This document shows positions 24,499 through 39,245 of a DNA stretch of 64,000 nucleotides, one piece after another. A program made the translations under genes and the position numbers. The first letter of the stretch is position 1, and every line of letters starts with the position of its first letter. Under the pieces are notes generated by a model. The model was not told the origin of the DNA. It saw only the letters and a list, made by a program, of their open reading frames with translations, and did no database searches. Source of the stretch: Podarcis liolepis (Eukaryota); NCBI GenBank assembly GCA_965112155.1, contig OZ218106.1; one strand, given 5' to 3'.

Positions 24499-26647
24499 CA
24501 GACTGCATATTAAGCAGAGTGGAGGCAGAGGCTGCCTTGTTGTTGAAGCCTTTGTGGTTTCAAGATCAAGCTAGTGTTTTCAACTCTTTCCATCCTCTGC
24601 TTTGCTTAACAACTAGCCTGCTGTAGCAGCATCTGCCAACAGGAAGGACAAAAGCATCCAAAAGTTTTTAGTTTAGTTTTAGAGATGGGGCAGAAGTCAC
24701 AAAAGGATAAGGAGAAAGGAAGAGCTGTGAGGATCATACCCAGTGCACATATACTTTGAACATATACTCAGAAGTTCAGTGTGGCTTACCCTGAGCCCTA
24801 TTTGGGTGTATTCCCTCATGTGATTACAGACACATAGGGAGAAGCAGGTTAGTCCTGCCTGGCTCTGCATCCTCCTCATTGCTCAGTCCATTTCTCATAC
24901 TAGGTGGTTTTCTTTTTCTAGGTCTGTGAATCAAGCACTGGAACTGATCCCATTAGTCTGTGCTCATTATTCCCCTCCTGGGTATAAAGTCCATAGAGGT
25001 AGCATTCTGCTAAGGCAGAGCAGAAATGGAATGCCACCCCTGTGATGGGACTCCCTAGGCCAAGACGAAGGAAGACATTCACTACAGCACATCTGTTTGT
25101 GAGGTGGGTCTAAAGGCCCCAGACCAATAACAAATGCATCAATATGAGATATGAATCAAGCCATCAGTGCTTTAAAAATAAAGCATGACCAAGTTGTTTT
25201 GAAACAACATCGGCAGATACAGCTTTAACAGGCACATTTCAGGGTGTGTTTGCCTCAGCTGAGTTTTCTGCGATAAGTCAGTCTTTATTAAGGCCATACT
25301 TTTCTTGCTGTATATCCCAATAACAGAAAGTGAAGTGTAGACTTGGACCAAAGGACAGCCTTTCCAAAGGAGGACTAAAAGGAGGACTCTATAAAGAAGG
25401 ACATGTGACCACCACAGTTTAAAACAATTTACATAAATGCTGAATTTATAAAACATGATAACCTCGCAGCTACATTCTACTCTATTATAAGAAATGTTTC
25501 ATTTACAAGGCTCATGGCAGCACAATTCTTTGGGATTAGAAGCACAAGGAGGGCACTCAGTGACCGGCACATCCTATTATGAGCAGATATATTCTCGAAG
25601 GATAACAACCTGAAAGAACTTGACTCACAACATTAAAGAAATGTCTTCATCTTTTCTCATTCTCATCTGCAACTAGTAGCCATTACTGAATTCCCCCTCC
25701 TGTATTCAGTGCTTTGTTTCATGTTGGTGCTTATGGACCCTTACTTATGAATAGGGATGTCAGAGAATTCCAATGGAAATGGAAATAAAAGTTGGCAATG
25801 TTTACTTATTCATCCCCTATCAGGAATGGAAATCAACCCAGCAGATATGGTGGCTGCCACAAATGATATATAATTGATTCTCTTTCCCTCCATTTGCAGT
25901 GTGTTTCCTTCATATTAAAATGAATGGGATGGAGTAACATATTGACAATGCTGTTTCTGTAACTGACATAATTAATGTTGAAAGTCACTTTGTCACAATA
26001 GATTAAAAAAATGGAGCGGAAGATGAACTGCAGCATAACAGAATCAGTGATGCATGCAACAAAACATGGGGGAATGAAAAATGATGCCTTCTTACATTCC
26101 TATGTATTAGTAAGCCCTATTGAAAACAGTGGGACTTCTTAGAGTAAAAATGTGTAATGGTGCAATGGCTGTTCCTGAGGCTTTTCTGTTGCTTTCTGAT
26201 ATATATTTAAAGGTGGTGATAGAAGAAGCTCAGGAAGCAGGATCAGAAAGAAACAGCAGAAGTGTTAAGAATTCTCTAATGCCTCTCAGAAGTTTAGCCT
26301 AGTATTGGACCTGCTATCCTCTTCCATTCTGTCAATCTTTGCCAATCCATTTAAACTGTCAGACTTCAAAAGATTAAAAGCAGGGAGTCTTAAAGTAGGG
26401 TTCAGTTGTCAGCACACAGGGTACTGTCATGAAAGTTAAAAGAAGAAAGATAAATTCACAGTCCAAAATGCCAAGAGTGACTGGGCCATTTATGGTTAAT
26501 CTTTCCATTTGACAGTTGCATTAGACAAGAAAGATGAATCATACCTTTTCCCTTCATTCTAATGGACAGTCTTCAGCTGTCTGAGTGCATTAACTGACCA
26601 GACTGTGTCTCCTGCCCACTGTAAGAAGTGAATGAAAATGTTTAGGA

Positions 26648-26648
<1 letters not shown>

Positions 26649-26678
<30 letters not shown>

Positions 26679-26697
26679 CTTCTTCTTCTTCTTCTTC
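26649..26697. repeat. (CTT)16 microsatellite
   Basis: Perfect trinucleotide run. Confidence 0.97.
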
Positions 26698-27573
26698 ACA
26701 TAGCTTTGAAATTCATTTGTCATGTTGTATAACAAATATTTTGTACCCCAGTCTAAACTTTTAAACTCAAGTCTGATCAATTTGATAATTTCCAAGTACA
26801 GGTAGTGCTTTCTTGTGCCTTAAATGCTGGCAGCTGAATTCTTTATTTGTTTAATACAAGCATTTTGTCCTTCAGTCATATTTCTAGGGCACTTTGCAAA
26901 AAGAATAAAACAATGAAGAGGGAGTAAATACAACACAATAAAAGCCACAAAAGCAGCATAAAAGAGTCATCAGGTTTAAACCTAAATATAAGAAGCTGAG
27001 GAGAAATGAAAGGTCTGTGATGCTAGAAAGGCAAGACAGTAGCTACCAGGCAAACCTTTCTCTGGGCAGAGCATTCTACAAATGGGGTGAAACCTCTGAG
27101 GAGGTCCTCTTTCTAGGAGCAGCTACCTCAACACAGTTGAAAGGGCACCAGCACAAGTGTCTGTCAGTGCCAACACACAACTGGTGCTCTTCCTTCAAAT
27201 TCAACTCATTATTGACCAACACTGAGTTATGTGCTGCCACTTAGCTTCCACTGAACATGAGTGATACACCCCATGAAGACCTTGCCTACAACCTCTCCAG
27301 ACAATAGACTGTACAACTTTTTGGGCAATAAGACCCGATAGGTTTTCACATGTCCTCCTCTAATTTTTTGACTTTTTGTGCAAGATTTTTCCAACAAAAA
27401 ATGAACTGCTTGAACTTGCCTTGAGAGCTTTGTCAGTGCTTCTGGGGGAAAATAATATTAAGTCTCATTTTCACCAGCTGGAAGGTTCTTTCAGCTTCAT
27501 TAGCAATTTTAAATGTATGTACTTCACATAATGCTTTTTGAAGATTGGCTGGTTTACTTTGGGCTACCTTTAG

Positions 27574-27640
27574 TAAGAACATAAGAAGAGCTTTGCTAGA
27601 TTAGACTAAAGGTCCACCTAGTGCAGCCTTCCACAGATGC
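27574..27640 (-). mobile_element. CR1 3' end remnant (TAAGAACA-tail subfamily)
   Basis: TAAGAACATAAGAAGAGC...AAAGGTCCACCTAGT; similar remnant at 53404-53465. Confidence 0.55.
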
Positions 27641-27754
27641 CAGGTGTCCTTCCCCTTTTAGAAACCTACAACCTAAGGAAAATCCATTGTTAAGAAGTAA
27701 TTATGTGCCTTCTATCAGCTTAGGCTGCTGACCCAACTATGACAAGGAAAACTT

Positions 27755-28370
27755 GTCTGTTTGGTAACCTCAAGGTTGAACTATAGCAATGCATGTTACA
27801 CAGGGCTGCCCTTGAAAATGGTTTGCAAGCTTCAAATACTACAAAATGCAGCTGCCCAACTGCTTGTAAGTTTGAGGTGAAACATCATATAACACCAATT
27901 ATTTTACAACTACGCTGGCTGCCTATATGCTTCTAAGTGCAACTCAAAGTACTAGCTTTAACCTATAACACTCTTTACAGCTCACAACCCCAATATCTTC
28001 TGGAAAACCTCTCCTGAAATGAATATACCCAAACACTTAGATATTCTTCTGAAGGTGGTGACAACGTAGGGGACCTTTTCAGTCGTGACTCCCTTACTGT
28101 GGAATGCTTTCCCCAGCAAGATCCTCCTGGCATCTTTGCTGATGTCTTTTCAGCCCCAGCTAGGCTTATCTTTTCCACAGGCTTTTGATAGATGAAGTAT
28201 ACGTTTTGTCACGAGTATGCTGTCACAGCTTCCTGTGACTATTATGCGGGTTGTTTTGTTCTGTTTTTATGGCATAATGTGTTGATATTTATCTTTTAAA
28301 TGTCAGTCACTTGGAGAACTTCAGGTAACAAGTGACTAAGAATTCCAAATATCAACAACAACAGCAATAA
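27755..28370 (+). mobile_element. Old L2 LINE 3' fragment
   Basis: Translates with stops and frameshifts to LVTSRLNYSNACYTGLPLK...LQILQNAAAQLL...HITPIILQLRWLP, the L2 ORF2 C-terminus; ends in a hairpin (AGTCACTTG...CAAGTGACT) and a CAA/AAT tail. Confidence 0.85.
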
Positions 28371-31300
28371 TATGCACAGTGTAACCAGAAATTACTCAAG
28401 AGCACTGGAAGAAGCCTCTAGTGTATACAACAGGAGTGAAGAAACTTGAAGAGATAAATATTGATGCATTCCCTCATAGATAACCTTCAAGGTCCCTATG
28501 TGAGTAGAGGGTGTGGACAGAGGTGAAAGTGGGTGGAGCAATGCATGTGACTCTTACATTTGTACAGTAGGCTTCATTCCAACCATGCAAAAGTCATTAC
28601 ATACACCCCTTTTCATCCTCCATCCTGACAAACGGGCCTGAAGAACATATTCCAATCAAGCAAAAGCACGTTAAGAAAGTGAGGAACACAACCATTGAGA
28701 GGTGTGAACCCAGAGAAAAGAGTGTGAGCTGGTTTGCAAACTCAGCCCTGGGAGAGTATTGAGGTCCAGACTGAGAGACCTGAAGGGCTGCATTTGACTG
28801 CTGGCACTGAGGGTCCCCACGTATGATATATTGAAATTCCATTTCTGAAAGCAGAATATTCTGTGGCATGTACTCAAATTGTTTGAAAATATAGCTGCTA
28901 TTTTTCTCACTCTAAGAATACAGCTGGAGACTTTTATGTGTGAGAACCCAAAATGTGAATACGTAGGTGTCTTGCTGGAAGTAAAAACTTGATATGAACC
29001 CACACTGAAAACTATGCAAATGTGTATTTATTTCCATTTTAACTTAATATATGGATGAGGAGATTTGCATTGCGTGTCAATTGCAGCTAAAGGAGCCAAA
29101 AGTCATTCCAATCCAACATAAAGCACAACCAGATTTTAACATGCATCCAGATGAGAATCGATTTATAGCTCAAAGCATTTCAAAATAACTCTGTAAAGTA
29201 AGCTGCTATTATTATCCCAATATTGCAGATGGCAGCAACAAAAGTGACAATATAATGGCTTGACTAAAGCCATCTAGTGAGTGTACTGTTGTGGGTACAC
29301 TCATTGTATACCCACAATGTTGTGTTGTGGGTACATTTGCCAGCTCATTTGTAAAATTGTCATAAATCAAGCAGCATGTACAGTGACTAGATGAGTGTTT
29401 AACACAACTTGTCTCAAATTAAGCGCCCAGTAAGCATCTTTCTGAAACATTTCTACTGTCTAGCCCCCTCCTGTGTTACTTGCATCAGGAAGCATGTGAA
29501 ATGGACTTAAAGGGGCGTACCTTTGACCCTCCCACCCTGACAACATGTAGTTCCTCCTCTCATCCCTTCCATCTACACTTTAGGATGGATTCCTGAGGTA
29601 AGGAAGCCCTTGTATGCAGACCTCTGTATATTTAGGCTTCCCATGAAGCTGAAAGTCTTCGTTGCTCAAGATTCCAGACCAAGTGAAGGTTGTACACAGG
29701 AATGGTGGGCTGTAGAGGCAGCAGACACAATCCTGCTTTCCCTCCCTGTGTTCAGTGTGCACACAATAATCAAAGGAAATTTTCACACACGAAAGCTGAA
29801 ATTCTTTGCACATGTACCTGGGAGTAAGTCTCATTGCGTTTAGCAGCAGCAGCTGAGCAGGCAAAGAAATGTCTGGCATTTTACTTGCCAGACATTAAGA
29901 GAGCTCATGGCAGTTTCCACTATAATATTAGGCAATTATGTTTCTATTCAAGAAGGGGCACTTTCCTTACTACCTCAGCGAATGATTCATTCATTTATTT
30001 GTTTTAAAAGGGCTGCCTCTAATATCGTGCACACAAATGATGTTGTTCCTTCACTTTCAAAATGTTTATTTCTGTTTTGCCTTCCCCCCACTTCTTTCTG
30101 GCACGCAAAAATAAAACAAAACTGTTAGTCATACCCTCAAACATGCTTCTCTGTGGTTTTATTCCAAGCAATTTAGTGAAGTGGCTTCACTGCTGCCTGA
30201 CTTAAGCCAACATTTATCTCAAGTTAAAAAGGAGGAAACAAAATGTCACATGAAGAGAATGTAGCAAAATATCAAATGTAGCAAACAAGGATGATTATCG
30301 GCAGATCTGGGGAGCATCTTTTTAAAGACTTTACGTTTTGAAAAAGAACCCCCTATCACCTCCTGGTAACCTTAAAGCAGCCTTTATTTATGTTTTTAAA
30401 AGAAAACTTTCATCACTTGGTTCCATATATGGAGCATTCCATTTCATATAAATTTGCCTCTGTTGCGAGGCTAAACAATGGAGCTTCTATTTTCTGCCAT
30501 GTTATTTTGTTTAATGTCTACCAGAGCTGTCATCTGAGCAGCCTCTTGGCCTGCACTCGAACAGGTTTATATTCCAGAAAGCCTCTCGCCTGGCCCCCCA
30601 CCCTCCTTCCCAATGGTGAAAATAAATCAATTTCATCTGCTAGTAGTTTGGGTTTCTTTTTTCTTCTCCTTCTTTTTCCTTACCCCCCCTTTCCCTCCCT
30701 CCTTTAATGTGGGCCTCTTTCCACAATGCCATATGGCAGCTGAGAGAAAGCTAGGGCAATGATCTGCATTTTCATCTCTTAACAAAGGATGCAGTAGTGT
30801 CAAAGAACCTCATGAATGCATGAGACACAGTCATGTATAGAGAAGTGCCTCTAGCCCTGTCAAGGAGTACTAAAAAGAAACCTGATAGACCTGACATCGC
30901 TTCAGAGTACAGAAAGGCAGCCGTTCTCTCGCTGGCTCATCTCGCTCCCATCCGTCTTCCCCCAGCTCCCTCCTTCCCGCCTTCCCCTTTGGTTCCATGC
31001 CAAAATCCCATTAGCTCTATTAATGACATGTGGTCCGAAGTAAAAAGCGTGTGGCAGAACAAGAAAGGCACAAGATCAACCATCTAATCTATTCGTTTCT
31101 GATATATGTATCACGAGATAGAAGTATTTCAGGAAGATCTGTGTCACACAGCCCGGCCTTGGGAGCTCAGGCAGCTACACAAACTCTCCGAGGGGTGGAG
31201 AAAGCAACCCAAAATGCTGGAAATGTCTTTTCGCCTGTCTCCACTCTCCTCCACTTTCTTAATACATAAAGCAAGATGGAGAACAATAATTATGAAAACT

Positions 31301-34300
31301 GGCAAGCCTTCTCATACTTCAGTATGAACTGCAGCTTTGGACTTTGCCCCCCACCCCCTTCGTTCTTGACAGATTTTAGATATATTAAATAGTACCAAGG
31401 AAACCACAATTTAGTAAAGAGAATGTACAAAGCACCATTCAGACAGTTGGATTTTTTTTCCTCCTCCAAACTTCCATCCTATTTAAAGAAATAGGATCCA
31501 TTTTGCCAGACCAAATCATACAGTTTTATACTAGTCATATTCAAATATCTGGTTCTGTTCAGTGAGAAGCTACCTAGTGTCTTCAGAGGCTGGCGTCTGC
31601 TTGAGAGAAAAGTTGCTTTGTTTCTGAACATTCTTCTTCCATTTTCGCAAGCTTACAAAATCTCCTGCTTGCCAAAGTAGTATTTTTGAGGGTGGGGAGA
31701 CGTAGTAGCCACATAAACAATTACTTCATTGTGGAACTGACGCGAAATGCTTCATCAATAGGCACACTGGTGCTTTAATCATCTGAAAGTTTCAGAAACA
31801 CAATGTTGCAAATATTACAATTTTTAAAAAAATGTGTTTCAAATTAGCACTGTAACCAAAAAGTTAGGCAGCAAACCTATCTGCAGTTTATGTTGTTGTT
31901 GTTTAAAGGAAGCAGATTTATAGCAATCTAGAATCTTTTTTTAAAAAAAAGAAAAGAAAAGAAACATCAGAAGCTGACTTTTATAAGAAAGGAATGGCCT
32001 CTGTCTACTCCTGCTTTATAATATGTTACAGAGCTCTTTTTTTCAACATCTGGACATTTGCTTATGTCTAACTCCAAATAATTTGGGGGGCGAGGAGCTG
32101 CTGTTGATTTCAAAGAGTCTCAAGGGCAAAAGCAAGGAGCTGAATCATTCTGATGGAGCCTGTGCTCCAAAAGGCTGGATGTGTTTCTTGGTCATGGCAA
32201 CCACTCTTAAAAACGTTCAACTGTCAGTTTGAGCTGAGCTGCACCAGAACAATCCAGCTATTCAGCAATTCCCTTTCTCTTTGTGAACATCTGTTTACAT
32301 GGCCTATGTCCACTCTACAGGGTGTGGACATTTTATCAGCTACGCAGCCGTGGAGGGCAGCTTTAGGGCCCAACATCTTTTGTCCTTCGTGATCTTTAGC
32401 ATTCATGTGACACACAAGTTTGGGGATTATTTAACCATGGCATTAGGTCTTATGCACTCTGCCTTTTGAACTGTTTTTGAAGGTCACGCTGTAGTCAGAA
32501 TAAGCGTGAACTGCCAAGAGAGTCTATAACAAAACAAGATGTGCCAGAGCGCTTGTCTTTTACTACCTAGTGTTCCTCTCAGACAGACTTAGTACTTACT
32601 GTGATTGTGACATTTCCAATTGGTTTTAAATTTTAAAGACTGTAGTACCTTTGAGGGTCAGACAAAAAAATCAGTTTGAAAGAATCCCTCCTTGAGGCAC
32701 GTTTTTCCCCTCACAACATGGCTGTGCCAAATTTTATGTGAAAAACGCCCCCTTTCCCTTACTTTTTAGTTCTTTGTGGCTTTTTTGACCTTTATGAACA
32801 ACAGTTTTCAATTACTAAATAGTATTCTCTTATCAGCCAGATAGTGATCTCAGTTCAATCACGATGAGAGCAATAAATTTACTAGTGCTGCTCTGAATGT
32901 TCCCCAATAAACATTTTGCTGCAAAAGGGGGGAGACTTTTAGTGTTGATGTTCCCCAGAAATCCCTAACATTCATCTTCTTCATGCTCAATTAATGGTAT
33001 TCACAGCCCTTCTTAGCTGCTGCTCCAACATTATTAGCTAACTTTTTTATTATTATTATTCCTGTGACTGGGATTCCAGTTTGCCTGGGGTCAATTTGTG
33101 AACACAACAAGTTGGCTACATGATGACATCAAATGATCTAAAGCAAAGTAAAGATAGCGCTCCTTTCCTCAGTTTGAATTGGCTTCAGGGTGACACCACA
33201 TAGCCAATCAGATTTGGCTAGGTGATTATGACAAAGGCAATTCAGAGTGAGGACAGGGAGCATGGCAGAGTGTGGCATGTGGCATGGGACTGCACCACAC
33301 TCCCTATGTCTCACGTCTCTCAGTAAGCAGCAGTGACCTGTTGCACTGGGAAGCCAAGGAGGCATCAAAGCCCCATCCATGCTGCTTTACCAGCCCACAG
33401 CTGCTTCAAACACTGCATTTCTCCCTGCTCATTCTGAAACATGCATAGGGAGGCACACACACTAATTCATAATGTTGGAATGAATGGTCACAGGCCAGCC
33501 CCAAGGTATCCTTCTGCCTGAGGTGAACGAAAAGAATCTCCCCACCATGTGCAGAAGCCAACAGGACTGGCTGTTGAAGCTTATCTTAATACTGGCAGCA
33601 GGATAGTGTCCCCCACCACACCTGAGAGGAACAGGCTTGTTATGAGGTTGCAGGATGGGTCATGTGGATGCAGTACACTGCTCTGTCCTCCAACAGAAGG
33701 GTGGAGCTAGAGGGCTCATGAGGAGATTGCTGCTCCCTAACATCTACTGATGGACATAGTACTGCCTTGCCTAATGGTAGGGCTGGCCCTGAATGGTTAA
33801 GCACAAGTATTGAAGTACTTGCATCATCTCTTACAAAGTTCACGGGATCTTTTCCATGATTCTGGCATCTCATCTCATTAAGTGGCACATAGACAAAGCT
33901 GTTTTCTGGATGCTATTCTGTAAGATTTTTCACTATGCAGTGGGTAATACACAGTAGTAGAACAGCCATTAGAACTTGGCGCATGCAGGATTCAACTTCT
34001 GTTCCCTCTGCATCCTTTACCAATCTTTGTTGGTTTGCATTTTCTCAATAACTGTGCTGTTGTAGTCACAATCATGGCTGTGATTGTGATCACATGAGCA
34101 GCTGCAGATGTCAGAAGCTGGGTTCATGTTCACCAAAGATAGCTCCTGCAGTCTAATCTTGTTGACACTAGCTATTAACGTTCTCATGGCTTTTCATTAG
34201 CAGCTAATATTTGCATTTTAAAATAGTTAATTACTTAGGGGAGCTTCCCATGGTGTGAGTACTGTGGAGATGGTCTGGGATTTAAAAAATAATAATACAT

Positions 34301-34513
34301 TCCTGTAGACATCACATTGTACTGTAAAAGATTTTTTTTTGGGGGGGTGAGATGCTGGAGAAGCGTCAGCTAGAATATGTGAAAGTAAAATGAGACAATG
34401 AGAATTCACCCTTTGCAGAAGGACTTACTCTGTGCTCACCATAAAAGTATGACAGGATTTGGGGCCCAGCATAATTTTGGGGTTTTTTAAGTCAAAAAAG
34501 AGAATGGCAACCA

Positions 34514-34562
<49 letters not shown>

Positions 34563-34659
34563 TATTTATACACTGCCTGGGTTTCCCCAGCCACTCTGGG
34601 CGGCTTCCAACAAAATATTAAAAATACATTAAAACATCAGTCATTAAAAACTTCCCTAA
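34514..34659 (-). mobile_element. L2 LINE 3' terminus with (AAT)n tail
   Basis: (AAT)~16 followed by CCCCAGCCACTCTGGGCGGCTTCCAA...CTTCCCTAA, closely matching 58184-58290. Confidence 0.85.
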
Positions 34660-36224
34660 GTAGACTAAGTTGCTACAGATAGATCCACGGTGCTAGGTAA
34701 AAAAGAGCAGTGATATCAGACAGATATCAGCCAATGGGGCTGTTTAAATATTCACTGTTGCTAAGCTATCTTAAACCACGTTTTCTTGACAACTATAATA
34801 GTTAAAGCAACAATTCTTGTTCTTCTGCTTATTTAGTATGTCACTGAATGCAATAACGGGACTCATACTGAGAATTAGGGGAAACTCGGTTCCAAATCAA
34901 CCTCATCAATAGTTTTGGGCTGGGGTCTGAAGAAGGGAAAGTGATATAATTCAAACCCTTATAACTGACTGTGACCAGACCTGACTAACTGTGGAATGCA
35001 TTGCCATCCTTTCATTGTGATTAGTAGCCTCTAAAGCCTCTGCCAAAATTTATTTATCAGTTTTATCCTGCCCTTCCTTCAAGGAGCTTAAGGACGCATA
35101 CATGGTTTCCCTGCTCACATTGTGATTGGGGTTAAGGCCAAAAGATAATTACTCTGTGTGCCATGGACTGATGATTAGAATCAATGTCCCCTTGGCCCTC
35201 ACTCTAACCACTGCACAACGCTTACTCCCAGTGCACCTCCCATTATATTGGGCTACTTCCCATACTTGGTTGTGTCATGAATTGACAGCATGTAGTGGTG
35301 GCAGTCTAGAATGATTCCTGGCATAGAATTACTCTTTCCAGGCCTTTGGTAGCATGTGAAGGGGCCAGTGAGAACATAGGGAGCTGGCCCTGTCCCCTCA
35401 ACAATGACACACATGCCGGCCGTGTTCCACGCCAACACGTAATCGGCATCAGTCTGAAGGGGTGTACTATGTGAAAAGAGATTCCAGCACATCAGGTCCT
35501 ATGAGCATAGAAGACTCAGAAGGCTGATCATTCACCAGCTGGAGAATATGACCCATATTCTCAGCAGTGTTTATGAGGGTTAGGGCTAGCCCCATATATT
35601 CCCAGTGGTCCCTTCTGGGATTCGTGGGTGCCAAATGCCCAAGGCTAATATGCTTTCTTTTTATTCATCATTGCCTATTCCTCTTGGACAAGCTCGCCTA
35701 AGTGACTCAGAAGCAGTTGACTCTGTTTTTCCCCTATAATTACTACTGTGAACTCAGCAGTGGTTAGAGCTGTGACCATCCCCTTCTTTTCTTCTCCCCA
35801 CATTTATTTCTATTTTGGTGCTGCTGATGAGCAAGTTTGCTGCTTTTTATGCAGGCCTGTATTGTTTTCTGGCTTTCTTTTACTGTGTCTGGTTTTAGAG
35901 GGGTATGACTGTTGCAGTTATAGTGTCTTGAGATTTGAACGTTCATATTTTGTTGCCATTGCTATTCACAGTCAACTAAAGCCTTTCTTCTTTGTGCAAG
36001 AATTGTATGTGTGACTTTGAGAAGCAGCATTCACAATGTACTTTTCAAGACAATTTCCCAAAGCGACGTGCTTTCATTGATTTATGCAGCAGTCCAGTTC
36101 TGATGCAGGTATAGCTATTGTTATGTGGTCACTGGGAAAAATCAAGCTTCTGGACTGAATCCCATGCCTGCCCTGAATCCTTAGTATGCGCTGATGTCTG
36201 GTGAATTTCATTTACTCAGTACCT

Positions 36225-36287
36225 GACTTGAATGTCTGCATGATGCTCTCAGGGTCCTTTCCAATTCTACTTTTCTATGAGTCTATG
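36225..36287 (+). mobile_element. CR1 3' end remnant
   Basis: GATGCTCTCAGGGTCCTTTCCAATTCTAC...TTCTATGAGTCTATG tail. Confidence 0.55.
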
Positions 36288-38463
36288 TGTGGATGTGTAT
36301 CAGTGTAGTCTGTGATGGAGCATGGTTACAGCTGCATCTCAGATTTGTTCCAGAATTGTATTGGCAAATAACACTGTGGCATCCTAGCATGGTTCCATGT
36401 GTTCATGTGCAAAGCCAAATGTATTTTTGGTCTCTGTGTTGTGTTTCTGCTTGTCCAGCCCATAGCTTTATTCTTGTTCATTTCATGTCTCATCTTGCTG
36501 TCATGATACAGCTCAATTAAGCAAGCTCTAAAACTCTTAAGGACAGGGTTAAATCTGGACAAATTTAAGTGCGCCTTCTCAACAACAGCAACAAAACTCA
36601 TACTGAGTCATAGACAAGCAAGCCTTAACCGCACATTCTGAAGGCCAGCCTACTCTTGCATACACACAAACATTTATAATCTTTAGCCCCCTTTCTCCAA
36701 TATATTAATCCAAGGTAGGCTACTTCATGTTGTCAAAGCGTGAATATTTGAATGGAATCAAAATTGTCACAATGCTTTCTAAAAACATTCCTATCCTACA
36801 AATAAGCATCAATGTTTGTCAGTGGCACAAAAAACTCAAGCCAAAAAAGTCCAGTCTTTTATTTTTCCTCCTATGTTCTACTAAACCAGTTGATGAGTTC
36901 AGACTTTGAAGCCTGTAACCAGCCACTGTCTTTCTGCCTTTTACTGATGCAGCCTCTTATGAATCTAAGCAGACAGAAAATGCATTGTCAAAGAAGCAAG
37001 TAAGATGAAGTTTTAAACTAATAAATGAGAAGGTGTTAGCTTCATGCCATTGCACTGCTAGGGTCTCCTTCTTCTTTGTATTCTCTGCTGTTCCTCAGTC
37101 TCCCGGTTTGTTTTAGGGAGCAGAGTGCTCTGCTCTGTCAAAAGTGGCAGACTGGCATAAAATAGCAAACTTCCTCCTCATTGTTTGGATTAGCAGAGTG
37201 AAAGTGAGACCTCAGTGTGAAGTGACTTGAAAGAGGTTCATTGCCTGCCCGCGTTAATAACTGCTGGAGAGGAACTATCTGAGAGAGACTGAGATGAGGG
37301 CAAATCACAGGGGTTTTAAGTTTTGGATTATAGAAACTTTCTTGCAATATATCGCTCCCACCCCTTTCCGTTCTTAGTCATAATTTCATACCGCACGGTC
37401 AAAATTGAAAGTATGGCACCTCAGGTCTGTATGGCTATAGCAATTTTCCCCTTGCTGGTAACAGATTCATTTCTGTTAAAATTCTATTACTCGGAGCTAT
37501 TTCTCTCAAGGATTGTACAATTCTTCTGAAAACAGATCAGCAGCTTTCAGTATAATCTCACTTCGTGAGGTCCACTTCGAGTAAATCCTGCAACTAGATG
37601 TGACTAGAATAGAAAACTCCATTCCATTTCCTCCTTGCCACCCAGTCAGGTTGTAATGAAAGACATTTGAAAGTTTTCTGACTCCAGGCCTAGTGTTAAT
37701 CACCAGCTTTCTGTGAAAGAATGCAGTTAATGTTATAAACTTTTTTTCCTGGCCATGTCAGCCTGTGATATTAAGCAGAAACAGCAGGGGAAGGGTTATT
37801 TCTCAGATTGCTGGCTAAGAAATAAAATGGAAGAGGGAAGGAGTACAGCACGACTACAAGGATCTTAACACACAGTTTAATTAAAAATGCTTTTTTCATT
37901 AGCTTTCATGTTTGTGGAAAACAGACATTGTGCTCTGGAAAGTTCAAAGCAAGATGGAAAATGTACATTTTGTGGGCAATTTTGGAAATGTACATGTATG
38001 CCACATAAAGCTAATGAATCGAGGAGGGGGGTTTGGCTGTATGTGAGATCCTTCTAACCCCTGAATCCAGTAAGTGTTAACATATAAGCTTGGTGATAGC
38101 CTGGGTGATGGGCCATTAAGGGAAATAAAGGAAAGGGGCTCTTTGTGAGACAGCAAATGAGTGAGGCTCCTTCCTCAACTCAGAGATAGTTAGAAGGACA
38201 AAGCCAGAGTCTGGAGTTGAGTTGAGTTGTAGTGATAGGGATCATAAGCAAATCAGCAAGCTGGGGAACTCAAAAGACAGATCAATGTTTGATGTCTGCA
38301 TGATTCGAAGGCTGTGGCTATGAGAGAAACAAGGCCATTTTGGGTTGTTCATGATGTGTACCCCTCCATCGTAGGCTCTAATTATATATGTGTGCTATTT
38401 TTCTAGAAAAAGATATGTGGAGTTCACCATGAGCTTCTCCCTTGTTCTCTTAGAATGGCAATT

Positions 38464-38609
38464 TAGGGTTGCCATATGTCCTCTTTTCCCAGGACATGTC
38501 CTCTTTTTCATGGGTATATAAAGTGAGAGTCGTCATAACGATCCATAGTTAAAAGTAGAAGTTGGCAAATGTGTCCTCTTTTTTTGTTCTTCAAAATATG
38601 GCAACCCTA
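38464..38609. mobile_element. hAT-Blackjack-like MITE
   Basis: 14-bp perfect TIR TAGGGTTGCCATAT...ATATGGCAACCCTA; internal TGTCCTCTTTT repeats; TSD not clean. Confidence 0.75.
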
Positions 38610-39171
38610 GCAATGGTGCCCATCTGGGAGGTGCTGGAGCTGAGCTCCTGTGAGCACTGACTGGAAAACAAAAGCCCTGGATATGTATATATAATAAAGA
38701 AACCACTGTCTCTGCTGTGCCTCGTTCCCCGAAGGAAACACAAACACTGGGTAAGTGTCCGGAACCCCTGGAATCTCACACTGCTCAGAGATAGGGATGG
38801 TGTGCAGCAGCAGGGTTGAGGGACTGTGCCAATTAAAAATGCTGCTCTGGGGTAGAGGACTGAGGATTATTAAAGTGAAAATTCTGTGACCAGTTTCACC
38901 AAAGAAAAAAATGAACCACCTTGTTGAAGTGATGCAATCATCACTGTTTACCAGGGCTGGTTCCAATGATATGCCAGTGGCTGACCTATGCAAAAAGCCT
39001 CCTCATGAACAATGTAACTTCAGAAATCCATGCAGCTATGATGTTGCATGGAGCATAAGACTAGACTTGGCAGAAGAACAGACTGCTTATATGAGTTGCT
39101 TGTTTAAGCAAGCGAGCTGATAGTTTATCCAGATAAAGCATGTGAAGTACTTTAAAACTGTGGATCACACT

Positions 39172-39203
39172 TAATAATGATGATGATGATGATGATGATG
39201 ATG

Positions 39204-39245
<42 letters not shown>

